64,000 bases of DNA from Acidimicrobiales bacterium (GTDB taxonomy: Bacteria > Actinomycetota > Acidimicrobiia > Acidimicrobiales > VFJN01), in NCBI GenBank assembly GCA_030681555.1, contig JAUXRW010000025.1, forward strand, positions 37,710 to 101,709. Reading direction: 5' to 3'. Shown one piece after another: positions 15,987 to 24,602 of the stretch (positions are counted from its first letter, which is position 1; the number at the start of each line of letters is the position of its first letter). The notes under the pieces were generated by a model, which was given only the letters and a program-made list of their open reading frames with translations, had not been told where the DNA came from and did not search any database. Made by a program: the position numbers and the translations under genes.

Positions 15987-17897
15987 GTGTCCGTTCCGAG
16001 GGTCGCATCGTCACGACGGTTCGGCTGGGCCGCGGCGCTTGCGTTCGCAGTACTGCTCGCCAGCCTGCTGGCGTGGGGGGACGCCGCCGAGGGGGCCTAC
16101 CCGGGCGAACCCGGGCTGATCGCATTCGAGACCAGCAGGGACGGCAACCTCGAGATCTACGCCATGGGACCAGATGGCTCTGGTCAGGTCAACCTGACCA
16201 ACGACGCGGCGGAGGACACGGATCCGGTGTGGTCGCCCGACGGCACCCGCATCGCCTTCGTCAAGGCCTCCGAGGGCCATCGGAACATCTACGTCATGAA
16301 CGCCGACGGGTCGGCGCCGACCAACCTCACGCCCGGCGCGGTCACTACCGGCGAGGCCAACGCCGGCACGAACCCGACCTGGTCGCCCGACGGCGGCCGC
16401 ATCGCGTTCGCCGACACCGTCGGGGACATCTGGTCGATGTCGTCTACGGACGGAGGCGCCAAGGTGAACCTCACGAACACGCCCGCGGGCACCGGGCTTG
16501 AGATCCAGCCCGCATGGTCGCCGGACGGCCGGATCGCCTACATCCGGGGTGCCGACCTCTGGGTCATGGGGGCCGACGGCGCCGGCCAGCACGCCATCAC
16601 CTCGACGACGGGCACGGGTCAGGACGAGAAGGCCCCCGACTGGTCACCCGACGGCAACCAGCTGGTCTACGGAAAGGGCAGCGCGGTCTGGGCCGCTGAC
16701 GCCGATGGCACCGACCAGCACGTCGTGGTGACCAGCTCGGTGCTTCCCGGCTGGTCCCCGGACGGCACCCGCATCGTGTTCTCGTCGAGCGCGTTCGGCG
16801 CTGCCAACGGGCCGGACATCATGACCGCAGACCCAGATGGGACGGACGTGACCCGGCTCCCGACGGCGGCCAACGCCACCGACACCGACCCGAGCTGGCA
16901 GCCGGCCTCGGGCACGCCCCCGACGACAACCTCGACCGCGAGCAGCTCCACCTCCACCACGGCCAGCACGTCCTCCACGACGTCGACCACCGGCAGTTCG
17001 TCGACATCGACGTCCACCTCGACCACATCAAGCACGAGCCCGTCGTCGTCGACGACCTCGACGTCGTCCACCACCTCTACGTCGTTGACGACATCCTCGA
17101 CCACTTCCAGCACCGTGGCGTCGACGACCACGCAGCCGATCACCTGCCAGGGCACGCGGATCACCCTGCGGGGTGGACCGGGGCCCGACCGCATCCTCGG
17201 AACGTTGGGCGACGACGTCATCCATGGGATGGGCGGCAACGACGTGATCGACGGCAGCTGGGGCAACGACGTGATCTGCGGCGGGGAGGGGAACGACGAC
17301 ATCCAAGGGGGCAACATCCACGGGGACCGCCTCTATGGAGAGGCCGGTGACGATCTGATCCACGGAGGGAGCGGGAACGACGTGATCTTCGGCGGAAGCG
17401 GCGTCGACCAGTGCATCGGCGACGGGGGTGACGACTTCGCCTACCAATGCGAATGGGCCGACGCCGAGTTCTGGCGTGACTCGCCGTCGCCGACGACGAC
17501 CACCACGGTGGCGCGCACGACCGCAGGCGTGACGCTGAGCGACACCTCCGTACGCCCCGGTGACAGCCTCCAGATCGCCGCCTCGGGTTTCGCATCGGGT
17601 AGCGACGTCGAGGTCGAGCTGCGGTCCACACCGGTGCGTCTCGGGACGATCCGTGTCATCGACGGAACCGCCCGTGGAACCGTGACCATCCCGCGCACGA
17701 CACCTCCGGGCGTGCACCACGTCGTCGTGTCGGGCACCGGCGCGGACGGCACACCGTCGTCAGCGTCGGCCACGCTCACCGTGGAGGGGCACCGTCTCCC
17801 CGTCACCGGTGCTCAGGCACTGGCGATCGCTCGCTGGGCCTTGCTCGCGCTGGGGGTCGGCTGTCTCGCCCTCGGCAGGGCCCAGCTGGCTCTCTGA
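15987..17897 (+). CDS. LPXTG-anchored surface protein: TolB-like PD40 beta-propeller + Ser/Thr linker + RTX-type Ca-binding repeats + Ig-like domain
   Basis: GAGGAGG lies upstream of GTG 15987. It has repeated D.DP.WSPDG..IAF units, about 70 aa of S/T low complexity, GGNDVIDG/GGEGNDDIQGG/GGSGNDVIFGG nonapeptides, and C-terminal LPVTG, TM and basic tail. Confidence 0.8.
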   Translation: MSVPRVASSRRFGWAAALAFAVLLASLLAWGDAAEGAYPGEPGLIAFETSRDGNLEIYAMGPDGSGQVNLTNDAAEDTDPVWSPDGTRIAFVKASEGHRNIYVMNADGSAPTNLTPGAVTTGEANAGTNPTWSPDGGRIAFADTVGDIWSMSSTDGGAKVNLTNTPAGTGLEIQPAWSPDGRIAYIRGADLWVMGADGAGQHAITSTTGTGQDEKAPDWSPDGNQLVYGKGSAVWAADADGTDQHVVVTSSVLPGWSPDGTRIVFSSSAFGAANGPDIMTADPDGTDVTRLPTAANATDTDPSWQPASGTPPTTTSTASSSTSTTASTSSTTSTTGSSSTSTSTSTTSSTSPSSSTTSTSSTTSTSLTTSSTTSSTVASTTTQPITCQGTRITLRGGPGPDRILGTLGDDVIHGMGGNDVIDGSWGNDVICGGEGNDDIQGGNIHGDRLYGEAGDDLIHGGSGNDVIFGGSGVDQCIGDGGDDFAYQCEWADAEFWRDSPSPTTTTTVARTTAGVTLSDTSVRPGDSLQIAASGFASGSDVEVELRSTPVRLGTIRVIDGTARGTVTIPRTTPPGVHHVVVSGTGADGTPSSASATLTVEGHRLPVTGAQALAIARWALLALGVGCLALGRAQLAL

Positions 17898-18010
17898 CAC
17901 TGGGGGCATGTCACCGCCGCCATGGGTACGGGCAGCCCCACCGTGGCCAGGCCTGACCGATGGCGTCCGGAAGCGGCAACCGATCGTGACCAGGAGACCT
18001 TGCCACGGAG

Positions 18011-18068
18011 AAGGCCCAGGTCCGTGACCTGGGCCTTCGGGCACTGCAGAGCTCGGGGGGGAGGACTC
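18011..18068. repeat. direct-repeat copy B: last ~17 nt of tRNA-Gln plus its downstream 10-bp hairpin
   Basis: AAGGCCCAGGTCCGTGACCTGGGCCTTCGGGCACTGCAGAGCTCGGGGGGGAGGACTC. The hairpin GGCCCAGGTC-CGT-GACCTGGGCC (18013-18035) probably acts as a bidirectional terminator. Confidence 0.7.
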
Positions 18069-18123
18069 GAACCCCCAACGACTGGACCAGAACCAGCTGT
18101 GTTACCGATTACACCACCCCCGA
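18052..18123 (-). tRNA. tRNA-Gln (anticodon CUG)
   Basis: Reverse complement TCGGGGGTGGTGTAATCGGTAACACAGCTGGTTCTGGTCCAGTCGTTGGGGGTTCGAGTCCTCCCCCCCGAG. Acceptor is TCGGGGG/CCCCCGA, anticodon loop TTCTGGT, T-loop TTCGAGT. Confidence 0.9.
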
Positions 18124-18184
18124 TCGGGCGGGCCGCAACCCTACCCAACGGCTCCCGGCGGTCGCACACCCCGATCCGGGATAG

Positions 18185-18871
18185 TCAGTCGGCGTGGATG
18201 ACCTCGTCGATCCGGAAGAGCCGGTCGTAGCCGATGAGCCGTCCGATCGACACGGCCACCGCCTCGCGGAGGAGCTGGCGCACCTCGCCGGCTGCGCTGA
18301 GCCGGCTGTTCACCGGGGACACGGCCGCGTCGAGGCCCAGGTCGTCGGCGATGGCCCCGACCCGCAGGGCGTGGTAGCCGTCGGTGACGAGGACGACCCG
18401 GCGCAGGTCCTGGTCGATCAGGAAGCGGGCCGAAGCGGCCAGCGAATCCCACGTGTTGGTGCCGTCCACTTCCCGCAGGAGGGCCTGGTCGGGCACGCCC
18501 CGCTCGCGCAGGTAGTTGTAGCCCGTGGTCGCCTCGGTGAACCGGTCGCCCTCCTGCCGCCCGCCCGTGAGGACGATGCGGGGCGCGAGGTCCCTTTCGT
18601 AGAGCTCGAAGGCGTGGTCGAGGCGCTGCTTCAGCACCGGCGACGGCCGTCCGTCGTACTGCGCTGCGCCGAGGACGATGATGGCGTCAGCCGGTGCCGC
18701 CGTGTCGTCCCGGCTGGCCCGGTACACCTGCACGAACGTGACGCTCACGTAGACGAGGAGCAGGCCGAGCAGCATCAGGCCGAGCCGGACGAGGAGACGC
18801 CAGCGACTGCGACGGGCCCGGCGCCGGGGCGGGCGCTCGAGCTCGGGGGCGTACCCCCCGAGGGCGGTCAC
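18185..18871 (-). CDS. YdcF/DUF218 (SanA/ElyC-like) family membrane-anchored protein
   Basis: GTG 18871 overlaps the gltX stop (GTGA). It has one TM segment followed by IIVLGAAQYDGRPSPVLKQRLDHAFELY...IVLTGG. Confidence 0.8.
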   Translation of the reverse strand: MTALGGYAPELERPPRRRARRSRWRLLVRLGLMLLGLLLVYVSVTFVQVYRASRDDTAAPADAIIVLGAAQYDGRPSPVLKQRLDHAFELYERDLAPRIVLTGGRQEGDRFTEATTGYNYLRERGVPDQALLREVDGTNTWDSLAASARFLIDQDLRRVVLVTDGYHALRVGAIADDLGLDAAVSPVNSRLSAAGEVRQLLREAVAVSIGRLIGYDRLFRIDEVIHAD

Positions 18872-20280
18872 AGCCGCGCCGCCGCCTCTCGCAGCCGCGT
18901 CAGCGTGCGCTCCCGGCCGAGCGCCTCGAGCGCCTCGAAGAGCGGCGGGCCGACGATGCGCCCGGTGGTGGCCACGCGCACCGGCCCCTGCGCCTTGCTC
19001 AGCTGGGCGGCGCCCTCGGCGTTTACCAGGCCGGCCTCGACGGCGGCGCCCTCGACCGCGGCGCGGATCGCGTCGGCCGACCACCCGTCGAGGGTGTCGA
19101 GCCGGTGCGTGACGGCGGCCAGCATCTCGGGGGCCGCCTTTCCCTTCACCATGGCCTTCTGCCACGACTCGTCGTCGATCACGACGGGGTCGTCGAGGAG
19201 GAACGCGATCATCGGCTCGACCTCGGTGAGGAGGCGCACCCGCTCCTGCACGAGGGAGGCCAGGGGCTCGAGCGTGGTGACCGCGGCCTGGCCACGGGTG
19301 AGGAACGGGTGGGCCCGGCGCACGAACTCCGCAGCGGGCAGCGCCCGGAGGTGGTCGGCGTTGAAGGCCTGCAGCTTCTTCACGTCGAAGAAGGCGGGTG
19401 ACGACGTCACATCCTGCAGCCGGAACAGCTCGACGATCTCGCCCAGCGGCCGCACCTCGACGCCGTCCTTCGGCCCCCACCCGAGCAGGGCGAGGTAGTT
19501 GACCATCGCCTCCGGCAGGTAGCCCTGGGCCTCGAAGTCGGCCACCGACACCGCGTCGCGGCGCTTCGACAGCTTCTGCCGCGCCTCGTTCACGAGCATG
19601 GGGAGGTGGGCGAAGACGTCGGGGCGGCCGAGCTTGAGGGCGTCACGGAGGAGGAGGTACTTCGGGGTGCCCGGCACGTGGTCCTCGCCCCGCACCACGT
19701 GGGTGATCCCCATGGTGGCGTCGTCGATGGCGTTGGACAGGAGGAACACCGGCAGGCCGCTGGACCGCAGGAGCACGAAGTCCTCGATCGTCTTGTTCTC
19801 GAAGCTGACCTCGCCCCGGATGAGGTCCGTGAAGGCGGTGGTGCCGTCGTCGGGGGCACGAAAGCGCAGGGCGGTGTCGTCCGACCGGGGCAGGCCGCGG
19901 TCGCGGCAGAAACCGTCGTAGCCGGGCGGGCCGCCGCGGGCCTTGGCCCGGGCCTGGACCGCCTCCGAGGTGCAGTCGCACCAGTACGCGCGGCCGGTGT
20001 CGAGGAGGTGCAGCGCCGCCTCGCGGTGGGCGTCGAGGTGGTCGGCCTGGAAGACGATGTCGCCGTCCCAGTCGAGCCCCAGCCAGCGGAGCGACGTCAG
20101 GATGTTGTCGACCAGCTCCGAGCTCGACCGCTCCCGGTCGGTGTCCTCCACCCGCAGCAGCATCTCGCCGCCCGCCCGCCGGGCCTCCAGCCAGTTGAAC
20201 AGCGCGGCCCGTGCGTTCCCCACGTGCAGGAACCCCGTGGGCGACGGCGCGAAGCGCAGTCGGGGGTTCGGGTTGGTCAC
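18868..20280 (-). CDS. gltX: glutamate--tRNA ligase
   Basis: RFAPSPTGFLHVGNARAALFNW (HIGH region) and a KLSKR (KMSKS-type) motif, 470 aa. Confidence 0.95.
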   Translation of the reverse strand: MTNPNPRLRFAPSPTGFLHVGNARAALFNWLEARRAGGEMLLRVEDTDRERSSSELVDNILTSLRWLGLDWDGDIVFQADHLDAHREAALHLLDTGRAYWCDCTSEAVQARAKARGGPPGYDGFCRDRGLPRSDDTALRFRAPDDGTTAFTDLIRGEVSFENKTIEDFVLLRSSGLPVFLLSNAIDDATMGITHVVRGEDHVPGTPKYLLLRDALKLGRPDVFAHLPMLVNEARQKLSKRRDAVSVADFEAQGYLPEAMVNYLALLGWGPKDGVEVRPLGEIVELFRLQDVTSSPAFFDVKKLQAFNADHLRALPAAEFVRRAHPFLTRGQAAVTTLEPLASLVQERVRLLTEVEPMIAFLLDDPVVIDDESWQKAMVKGKAAPEMLAAVTHRLDTLDGWSADAIRAAVEGAAVEAGLVNAEGAAQLSKAQGPVRVATTGRIVGPPLFEALEALGRERTLTRLREAAARL

Positions 20281-20349
20281 CGTCCGAGGGTACCGGCCGG
20301 GTCGGGCGGAGCCAGGCTCAGCCCGAGGAGGAGCGCGTGGACTGCGTGC

Positions 20350-20886
20350 TCAGTGGGCGGCGGGGGACAGGTTCGCGAGGAGCCCGCGCCAGTCCGTCCG
20401 GTGCGCCTCGGTGACCTGCTGGGGCGTCATCCGCAGCACCTCATCGGGCACGAGGTCGGCGATCCGCCGCTGGTTCAGGTAGTGGTGCGGGTGCGCCACC
20501 TCGGCGAACAGGCCCTGGCGGAGCCGGACGAGCTCCGGGTCGGCCGCACCGAGGAACCCCCACACCGTCAGCGCCACGGTCAGGTCGTGCACCACCGGTG
20601 CCCGACCGAAGAGCGACGCCCGCTTCAGGGCCACGCCGGTGGCGCCGGCCAGGGCATCGCGCTCGTGCTCACCGGAGGTCAGCTCGAGCTTGCCGTGGAA
20701 GCGTCGGGCCAGCACCAGCACGTAGCCCTGGTCGGGGCCCGGGTTCCCGAGCTGCTCCCCCCTCGGCTGTCCGTCCACGAGCTCGCCCGGGCGCACGGCC
20801 AGCCACGGATCGGGACGGCGCGGCGGCGACTCGTAGGTGCGGAGATACCGGGTGCGGTCGACAGGGACATGCTCGGGGGCGGCCAC
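20350..20886 (-). CDS. conserved hypothetical protein
   Basis: 178-aa ORF in the leuB-ilvE-cimA transcription direction, 9 nt after cimA, with protein-like composition. I do not recognise any domain. Confidence 0.6.
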   Translation of the reverse strand: MAAPEHVPVDRTRYLRTYESPPRRPDPWLAVRPGELVDGQPRGEQLGNPGPDQGYVLVLARRFHGKLELTSGEHERDALAGATGVALKRASLFGRAPVVHDLTVALTVWGFLGAADPELVRLRQGLFAEVAHPHHYLNQRRIADLVPDEVLRMTPQQVTEAHRTDWRGLLANLSPAAH

Positions 20887-20895
20887 GTCTGGAAC

Positions 20896-22509
20896 CTACT
20901 GGTTGGAGTGGAGGAGCCCCCACACCAGGGCGTCGGTGAGGGCCTGCCACGACGCCTCGATGATGTTGGTGGACACCCCTATCGTCGTCCACGCCAGCTC
21001 GCCGTCGGTGGAGTCGAGGAGCACCCGCACGACGGCGCCCGTGGTGGTCACGCCGTCGAGGATGCGCACCCGGTAGTCGGTGAGCCGGATGTGCTCGAGC
21101 TGCGGGTAGGCCTCGATCAGAACCCGGCGCAGCGCCTGGTCGAGCGCGTTGACCGGGCCGTTGCCCTCGCCGACGGCGATGCGCCGCTCGGCGGCCACCC
21201 ACAGCTTCACCGTGGCCTCGGTCTCGATGGTGGGCTCCCCCGCGTCCTTCGGACGGTGGTACGTGGTGGCGCGGTACCCCTCGACCGTGAAGTAGTCCTG
21301 CCGCCAGCCGGCCGCCTGGCGCATCAGCAGCTCGAGGCTCGCGTCGGCCGCCTCGAAGACGAAGCCCTTGGCCTCCAGCTCCTTGAGCTGCTCGGACAGC
21401 AGGCCGGCAGCCCGGTCGTCGAGGTCGACGCCGAGCTCCTTGGCCTTCATCACCATCCCGGCCCGCCCGCCCAGGTCGGAGACCAGCACCCGGGTGCCGT
21501 TGCCGACCAGCTCGGGTGCGATGTGCTCGTAGGTGGCCCCGCCGGCCTTGCCCAGCGCGGAGGTGTGCAGGCCGCCCTTGTGGGCGAAGGCCGACTGGCC
21601 GACGTAGGGGTCGGCCGTGTGCGGCGGCAGGTTCACGAGCTCGGCCACGTGGCGGCTGACGGCCGTCAGCCGCTCGAGCCGGCCCTCCGGGAGGCACTGC
21701 ACCCCGAGCTTCAGCGTGAGGTTGGGGATGCACGTCATGAGGTTGGCGTTGCCGGTGCGCTCGCCGTAGCCGTTGACCGTGCCCTGCAGCTGCGTGGCCC
21801 CGCCCAGCACCGCGGCGACGGAGTTGGCCACGGCGCATCCGCTGTCGTTCTGCGTGTGGATGCCGAGCGGCTGATCGGGCCCGAAGTAGCCGGCCACCTC
21901 GCCCACGATGCGCTGCACCTCGTGGGGCAGCGACCCGCCGTTGGTGTCGCACAGCACGAGGCAGTCGGCCCCATTGGTGGCAGCGGCCTCCAGCACGCGC
22001 AGGGCGTATTCGGTGTTGGCCTTGTAGCCATCGAAGAAGTGCTCGGCGTCGAAGAACACGCGCAGCACGGCCGCCTGCAGGAACGCCACCGACTCCCCCA
22101 CCATGGCGACGCCCTCGTCGAGCGTCGTCTGCAGGGCCTCGAGGACGTGGTAGTCCCAGGACTTCCCGACGATGCACGCAGTGGACGTGCCGGCGCCCAC
22201 GAGGGTGGCGAGGGTGGGGTCGACGTCGACCTTCCCGGCCGGCCGGCGCGTGGACCCGAAGGCCACCAGCGTGGCCGTCGACAACGAGAGCTCCTTCGGG
22301 GCCCGCCGGAAGAACTCCTCGTCCTTCGGGTTGGCCTGCGGGTAGCCGCCCTCGATCCACGCCACGCCCAGCCAGTCGAGCTGCTCGGCGACGCGCAGCT
22401 TGTCTTCCACCGTGAGGGAGATCCCCTCGAACTGCGCCCCGTCGCGCAGCGTCGTGTCGAAGATCTCGATCGACGAGGGCAGCGTCGCCGGCTCGCGTGC
22501 TACTGGCAC
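20896..22509 (-). CDS. cimA: citramalate synthase (LeuA-family, CimA type)
   Basis: IEIFDTTLRDGAQFEGISLTVEDKL and HTQNDSGCAVANS, 537 aa with a LeuA-dimer-type C-terminus. Its start overlaps the ilvE stop. Confidence 0.85.
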   Translation of the reverse strand: MPVAREPATLPSSIEIFDTTLRDGAQFEGISLTVEDKLRVAEQLDWLGVAWIEGGYPQANPKDEEFFRRAPKELSLSTATLVAFGSTRRPAGKVDVDPTLATLVGAGTSTACIVGKSWDYHVLEALQTTLDEGVAMVGESVAFLQAAVLRVFFDAEHFFDGYKANTEYALRVLEAAATNGADCLVLCDTNGGSLPHEVQRIVGEVAGYFGPDQPLGIHTQNDSGCAVANSVAAVLGGATQLQGTVNGYGERTGNANLMTCIPNLTLKLGVQCLPEGRLERLTAVSRHVAELVNLPPHTADPYVGQSAFAHKGGLHTSALGKAGGATYEHIAPELVGNGTRVLVSDLGGRAGMVMKAKELGVDLDDRAAGLLSEQLKELEAKGFVFEAADASLELLMRQAAGWRQDYFTVEGYRATTYHRPKDAGEPTIETEATVKLWVAAERRIAVGEGNGPVNALDQALRRVLIEAYPQLEHIRLTDYRVRILDGVTTTGAVVRVLLDSTDGELAWTTIGVSTNIIEASWQALTDALVWGLLHSNQ

Positions 22510-23417
22510 AGCTCGACCCAGTCCTTGTACGTGTCGTTCTGCCCTCGGACGACGCGCCCGTACTCCTCGCCGATGAGCTGCGTCATCGGGCCGGGGGTCG
22601 GGATGGTGCGGTCGTCGACGGAGTTCACGGCCGACACCTCGGCCGCCGTTCCCACCACGAACATCTCCTCCGCCACGTACAGGTCGCTGCGGGTGAGGTC
22701 GCCGAAGCCGACCTCGATGCCGAGGTCGCGCGCGATCCGGATGACCGAGTCCTGGGTGATGCCCTCGAGGGCGCCGGCCGACAGGGCGGGCGTGATCAGG
22801 CGACCGTGGCGGGCCACGAAGATGTTCTCACCGGTGCACTCCGACACGAGCCCGGCGCGGTTGAGCATGATCGCCTCGTCGTAGCCGGCCTTGAGGGCCT
22901 CGACCTTGGCCAGCGAGGAGTTGACGTAGTTGCCGGTGGTCTTCGAGGCCGGGGGCATCGTGTTGTGGTCGTGCCGCGTCCAGCTGCTGATCTTCATGCG
23001 GACGCCCTTGGTGAGCGCGTCGTCGCCGAGGTAGGCGCCCCACGGCCAGCAGGCGATCGACACGTCGACGGAGCAGGGCAGGGTGTTGAGGCCCATCTCG
23101 CCGTAGCCGAAGTAGGCGATCGGCCGGATGTAGCAGCCGGGCAGGCCGGTGGCGGCCACCGTGTCCTTCGTCGCCTGGATCAGCTCCTCGACGGTGTACG
23201 GCAGCTCCATCCCCAGGATCTGCGCCGAGCGGAAGAGCCGCTCGATGTGATCGGTGAGCCGGAAGATCGCCGGGCCGTTGGCCGTCTCGTAGGCGCGGAT
23301 CCCCTCGAATACGCCCATGCCGTAGTGGAGGGTGTGCGTGAGCACGTGGATGCGCGCCTCGTCCCACGGGACGAGGTCGCCGTTCATCCAGATCTTCTCG
23401 GTCGGCGTGATGGGCAT
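22500..23417 (-). CDS. ilvE: branched-chain amino acid aminotransferase (class IV)
   Basis: KIWMNGDLVPWDEARIHVLTHTLHYGMGVFEGIRAY and EGTAAEV-type block (VGTAAEVSAV), 305 aa. Confidence 0.9.
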   Translation of the reverse strand: MPITPTEKIWMNGDLVPWDEARIHVLTHTLHYGMGVFEGIRAYETANGPAIFRLTDHIERLFRSAQILGMELPYTVEELIQATKDTVAATGLPGCYIRPIAYFGYGEMGLNTLPCSVDVSIACWPWGAYLGDDALTKGVRMKISSWTRHDHNTMPPASKTTGNYVNSSLAKVEALKAGYDEAIMLNRAGLVSECTGENIFVARHGRLITPALSAGALEGITQDSVIRIARDLGIEVGFGDLTRSDLYVAEEMFVVGTAAEVSAVNSVDDRTIPTPGPMTQLIGEEYGRVVRGQNDTYKDWVELCQ

Positions 23418-23433
23418 GGTTGGTCCTTCGTGC

Positions 23434-24414
23434 CTAGACCCGGGCGGCGACGAGGTCGCCGACCGCAGTGGTGGAGCCCGTGAGGGTGGAGGTGTCGGCG
23501 CAGGCCTTGCGGACGCGTGCGGCGGCGTCGCCCTCGCCGAGGTGGTCGAGCATCAGGGCGGCGGAGAGGATCGCAGCCACCGGGTTGGCGACGCCCTGGC
23601 CGGCGATGTCGGGGGCCGAGCCGTGCACGGGCTCGAACATCGACGGGCCGGTGCGGGCGGGGTTGAGGTTGCCGGACGCCGCGAAGCCGATGCCGCCGGA
23701 CACCGCCCCACCGAGGTCGGTGAGGATATCGCCGAAGAGATTGTCGGTGACGATGACGTCGTACTGGTCGGGCGACTGCACGAGGTAGATGCACGCGGCG
23801 TCGACGTGGTTGTAGGCCGTGGAGACGGAGGGGAACTCCACGGCCACCTCGGTAAAGGTCCGCTCCCACAGGTCGCCGGCGAAGGTGAGGACGTTGGTCT
23901 TGTGGACGAGGGTGAGGTGCTTGCGGTCCCGTGACTCGGCCAGCTCGAAGGCGTAGCGGACACACCGCTCCACGCCCATGCGGGTGTTGACGCTGCCCTG
24001 CGTGGCCACCTCGTGCGGGGTGCCCTTCCGCAGCACGCCGCCCTCACCGGCGTACGACCCCTCCGTGTTCTCCCGGATCACGATCATGTCGATGCCGGCC
24101 GATGGGAGCAGGAACGGGCGCTGGTTGATGTAGAGGTCGAGGTCGAAGCGCATCTTGAGCAGCAGCCCGCGCTCGATGACCCCGGGCGGCACGCCCGGAC
24201 TGCCCACCGCGCCCACCAGGAGGGCGTCGTACGAGCGCCACTCGTTGAGCACCTCCTCGGGCAGCACCGTACCGTCGCGGAGGAAGCGGGCCCCACCGAG
24301 GTCGTAGTCGACGGTGTCGAGCTCGACCCCGGCGGCACGGACGACCTTCAGCGCCTCGGCCACGACCTCGGGACCGATCCCGTCGCCTCCGATGACACCG
24401 ACCCGGTGGCTCAT
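23434..24414 (-). CDS. leuB: 3-isopropylmalate dehydrogenase
   Basis: ATG 24414 ([17 protein letters not shown]). It carries the [12 protein letters not shown] isocitrate/isopropylmalate dehydrogenase signature. Confidence 0.93.
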   Translation of the reverse strand: MSHRVGVIGGDGIGPEVVAEALKVVRAAGVELDTVDYDLGGARFLRDGTVLPEEVLNEWRSYDALLVGAVGSPGVPPGVIERGLLLKMRFDLDLYINQRPFLLPSAGIDMIVIRENTEGSYAGEGGVLRKGTPHEVATQGSVNTRMGVERCVRYAFELAESRDRKHLTLVHKTNVLTFAGDLWERTFTEVAVEFPSVSTAYNHVDAACIYLVQSPDQYDVIVTDNLFGDILTDLGGAVSGGIGFAASGNLNPARTGPSMFEPVHGSAPDIAGQGVANPVAAILSAALMLDHLGEGDAAARVRKACADTSTLTGSTTAVGDLVAARV

Positions 24415-24451
24415 GACAGCACCTCGTGCACGGACTCGTCTCCTCCAGAAC

Positions 24452-24478
24452 AGAAAAACCGCCCACCGAGGTGGACGG
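24452..24478 (-). terminator. intrinsic terminator inside the leuB 5-prime leader (attenuator terminator)
   Basis: Minus strand CCGTCCAC-CTCG-GTGGGCGG followed by TTTTTCTGTT, about 37 nt upstream of the leuB ATG. Confidence 0.6.
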
Positions 24479-24508
24479 TCAGGGGCAGCGCACACCGACA
24501 GGCGTGCG

Positions 24509-24547
24509 CTACACGATGATGATCACACCCAGCGCGGACAGCGACAT
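24509..24547 (-). promoter_or_regulatory. leader peptide [15 protein letters not shown] of the leuB-ilvE-cimA operon
   Basis: ATG TCG CTG TCC GCG CTG GGT GTG ATC ATC ATC GTG TAG. There are 7 of 12 branched-chain codons, and hairpin GCGCAC-N10-GTGCGC starts at the stop codon. Confidence 0.6.
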
Positions 24548-24602
24548 CCCGGGAAGTGTCCTCTCCCCGCCCCGATCGCGTCAAGCGAGGTACGTTCCAC
24601 CC

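Noticed and set aside
16930-17110. Repetitive ACC/TCG/AGC-rich DNA that might look like a tandem repeat or array
   Set aside because: It lies in frame inside the surface-protein gene and encodes a Ser/Thr linker. It has no regular repeat-spacer periodicity, so it is not a CRISPR or satellite array.
15657-18010. Search for an integrase, excisionase or transposase inside or next to the tRNA-Gln repeat-bounded segment
   Set aside because: No ORF in any frame shows recombinase motifs (for example the R..H..R..Y tyrosine recombinase box or a DDE motif). The segment is therefore reported only as an att-like footprint, not as a mobile element.
19606-22884. 1092-aa plus-strand ORF spanning the gltX, hypothetical, cimA and ilvE region
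   Set aside because: It is antisense to four well-supported minus-strand genes. The product is Arg/Gly/Ala/Val-rich with no recognisable motif. This is a typical shadow ORF of high-GC DNA, where stop codons are rare.
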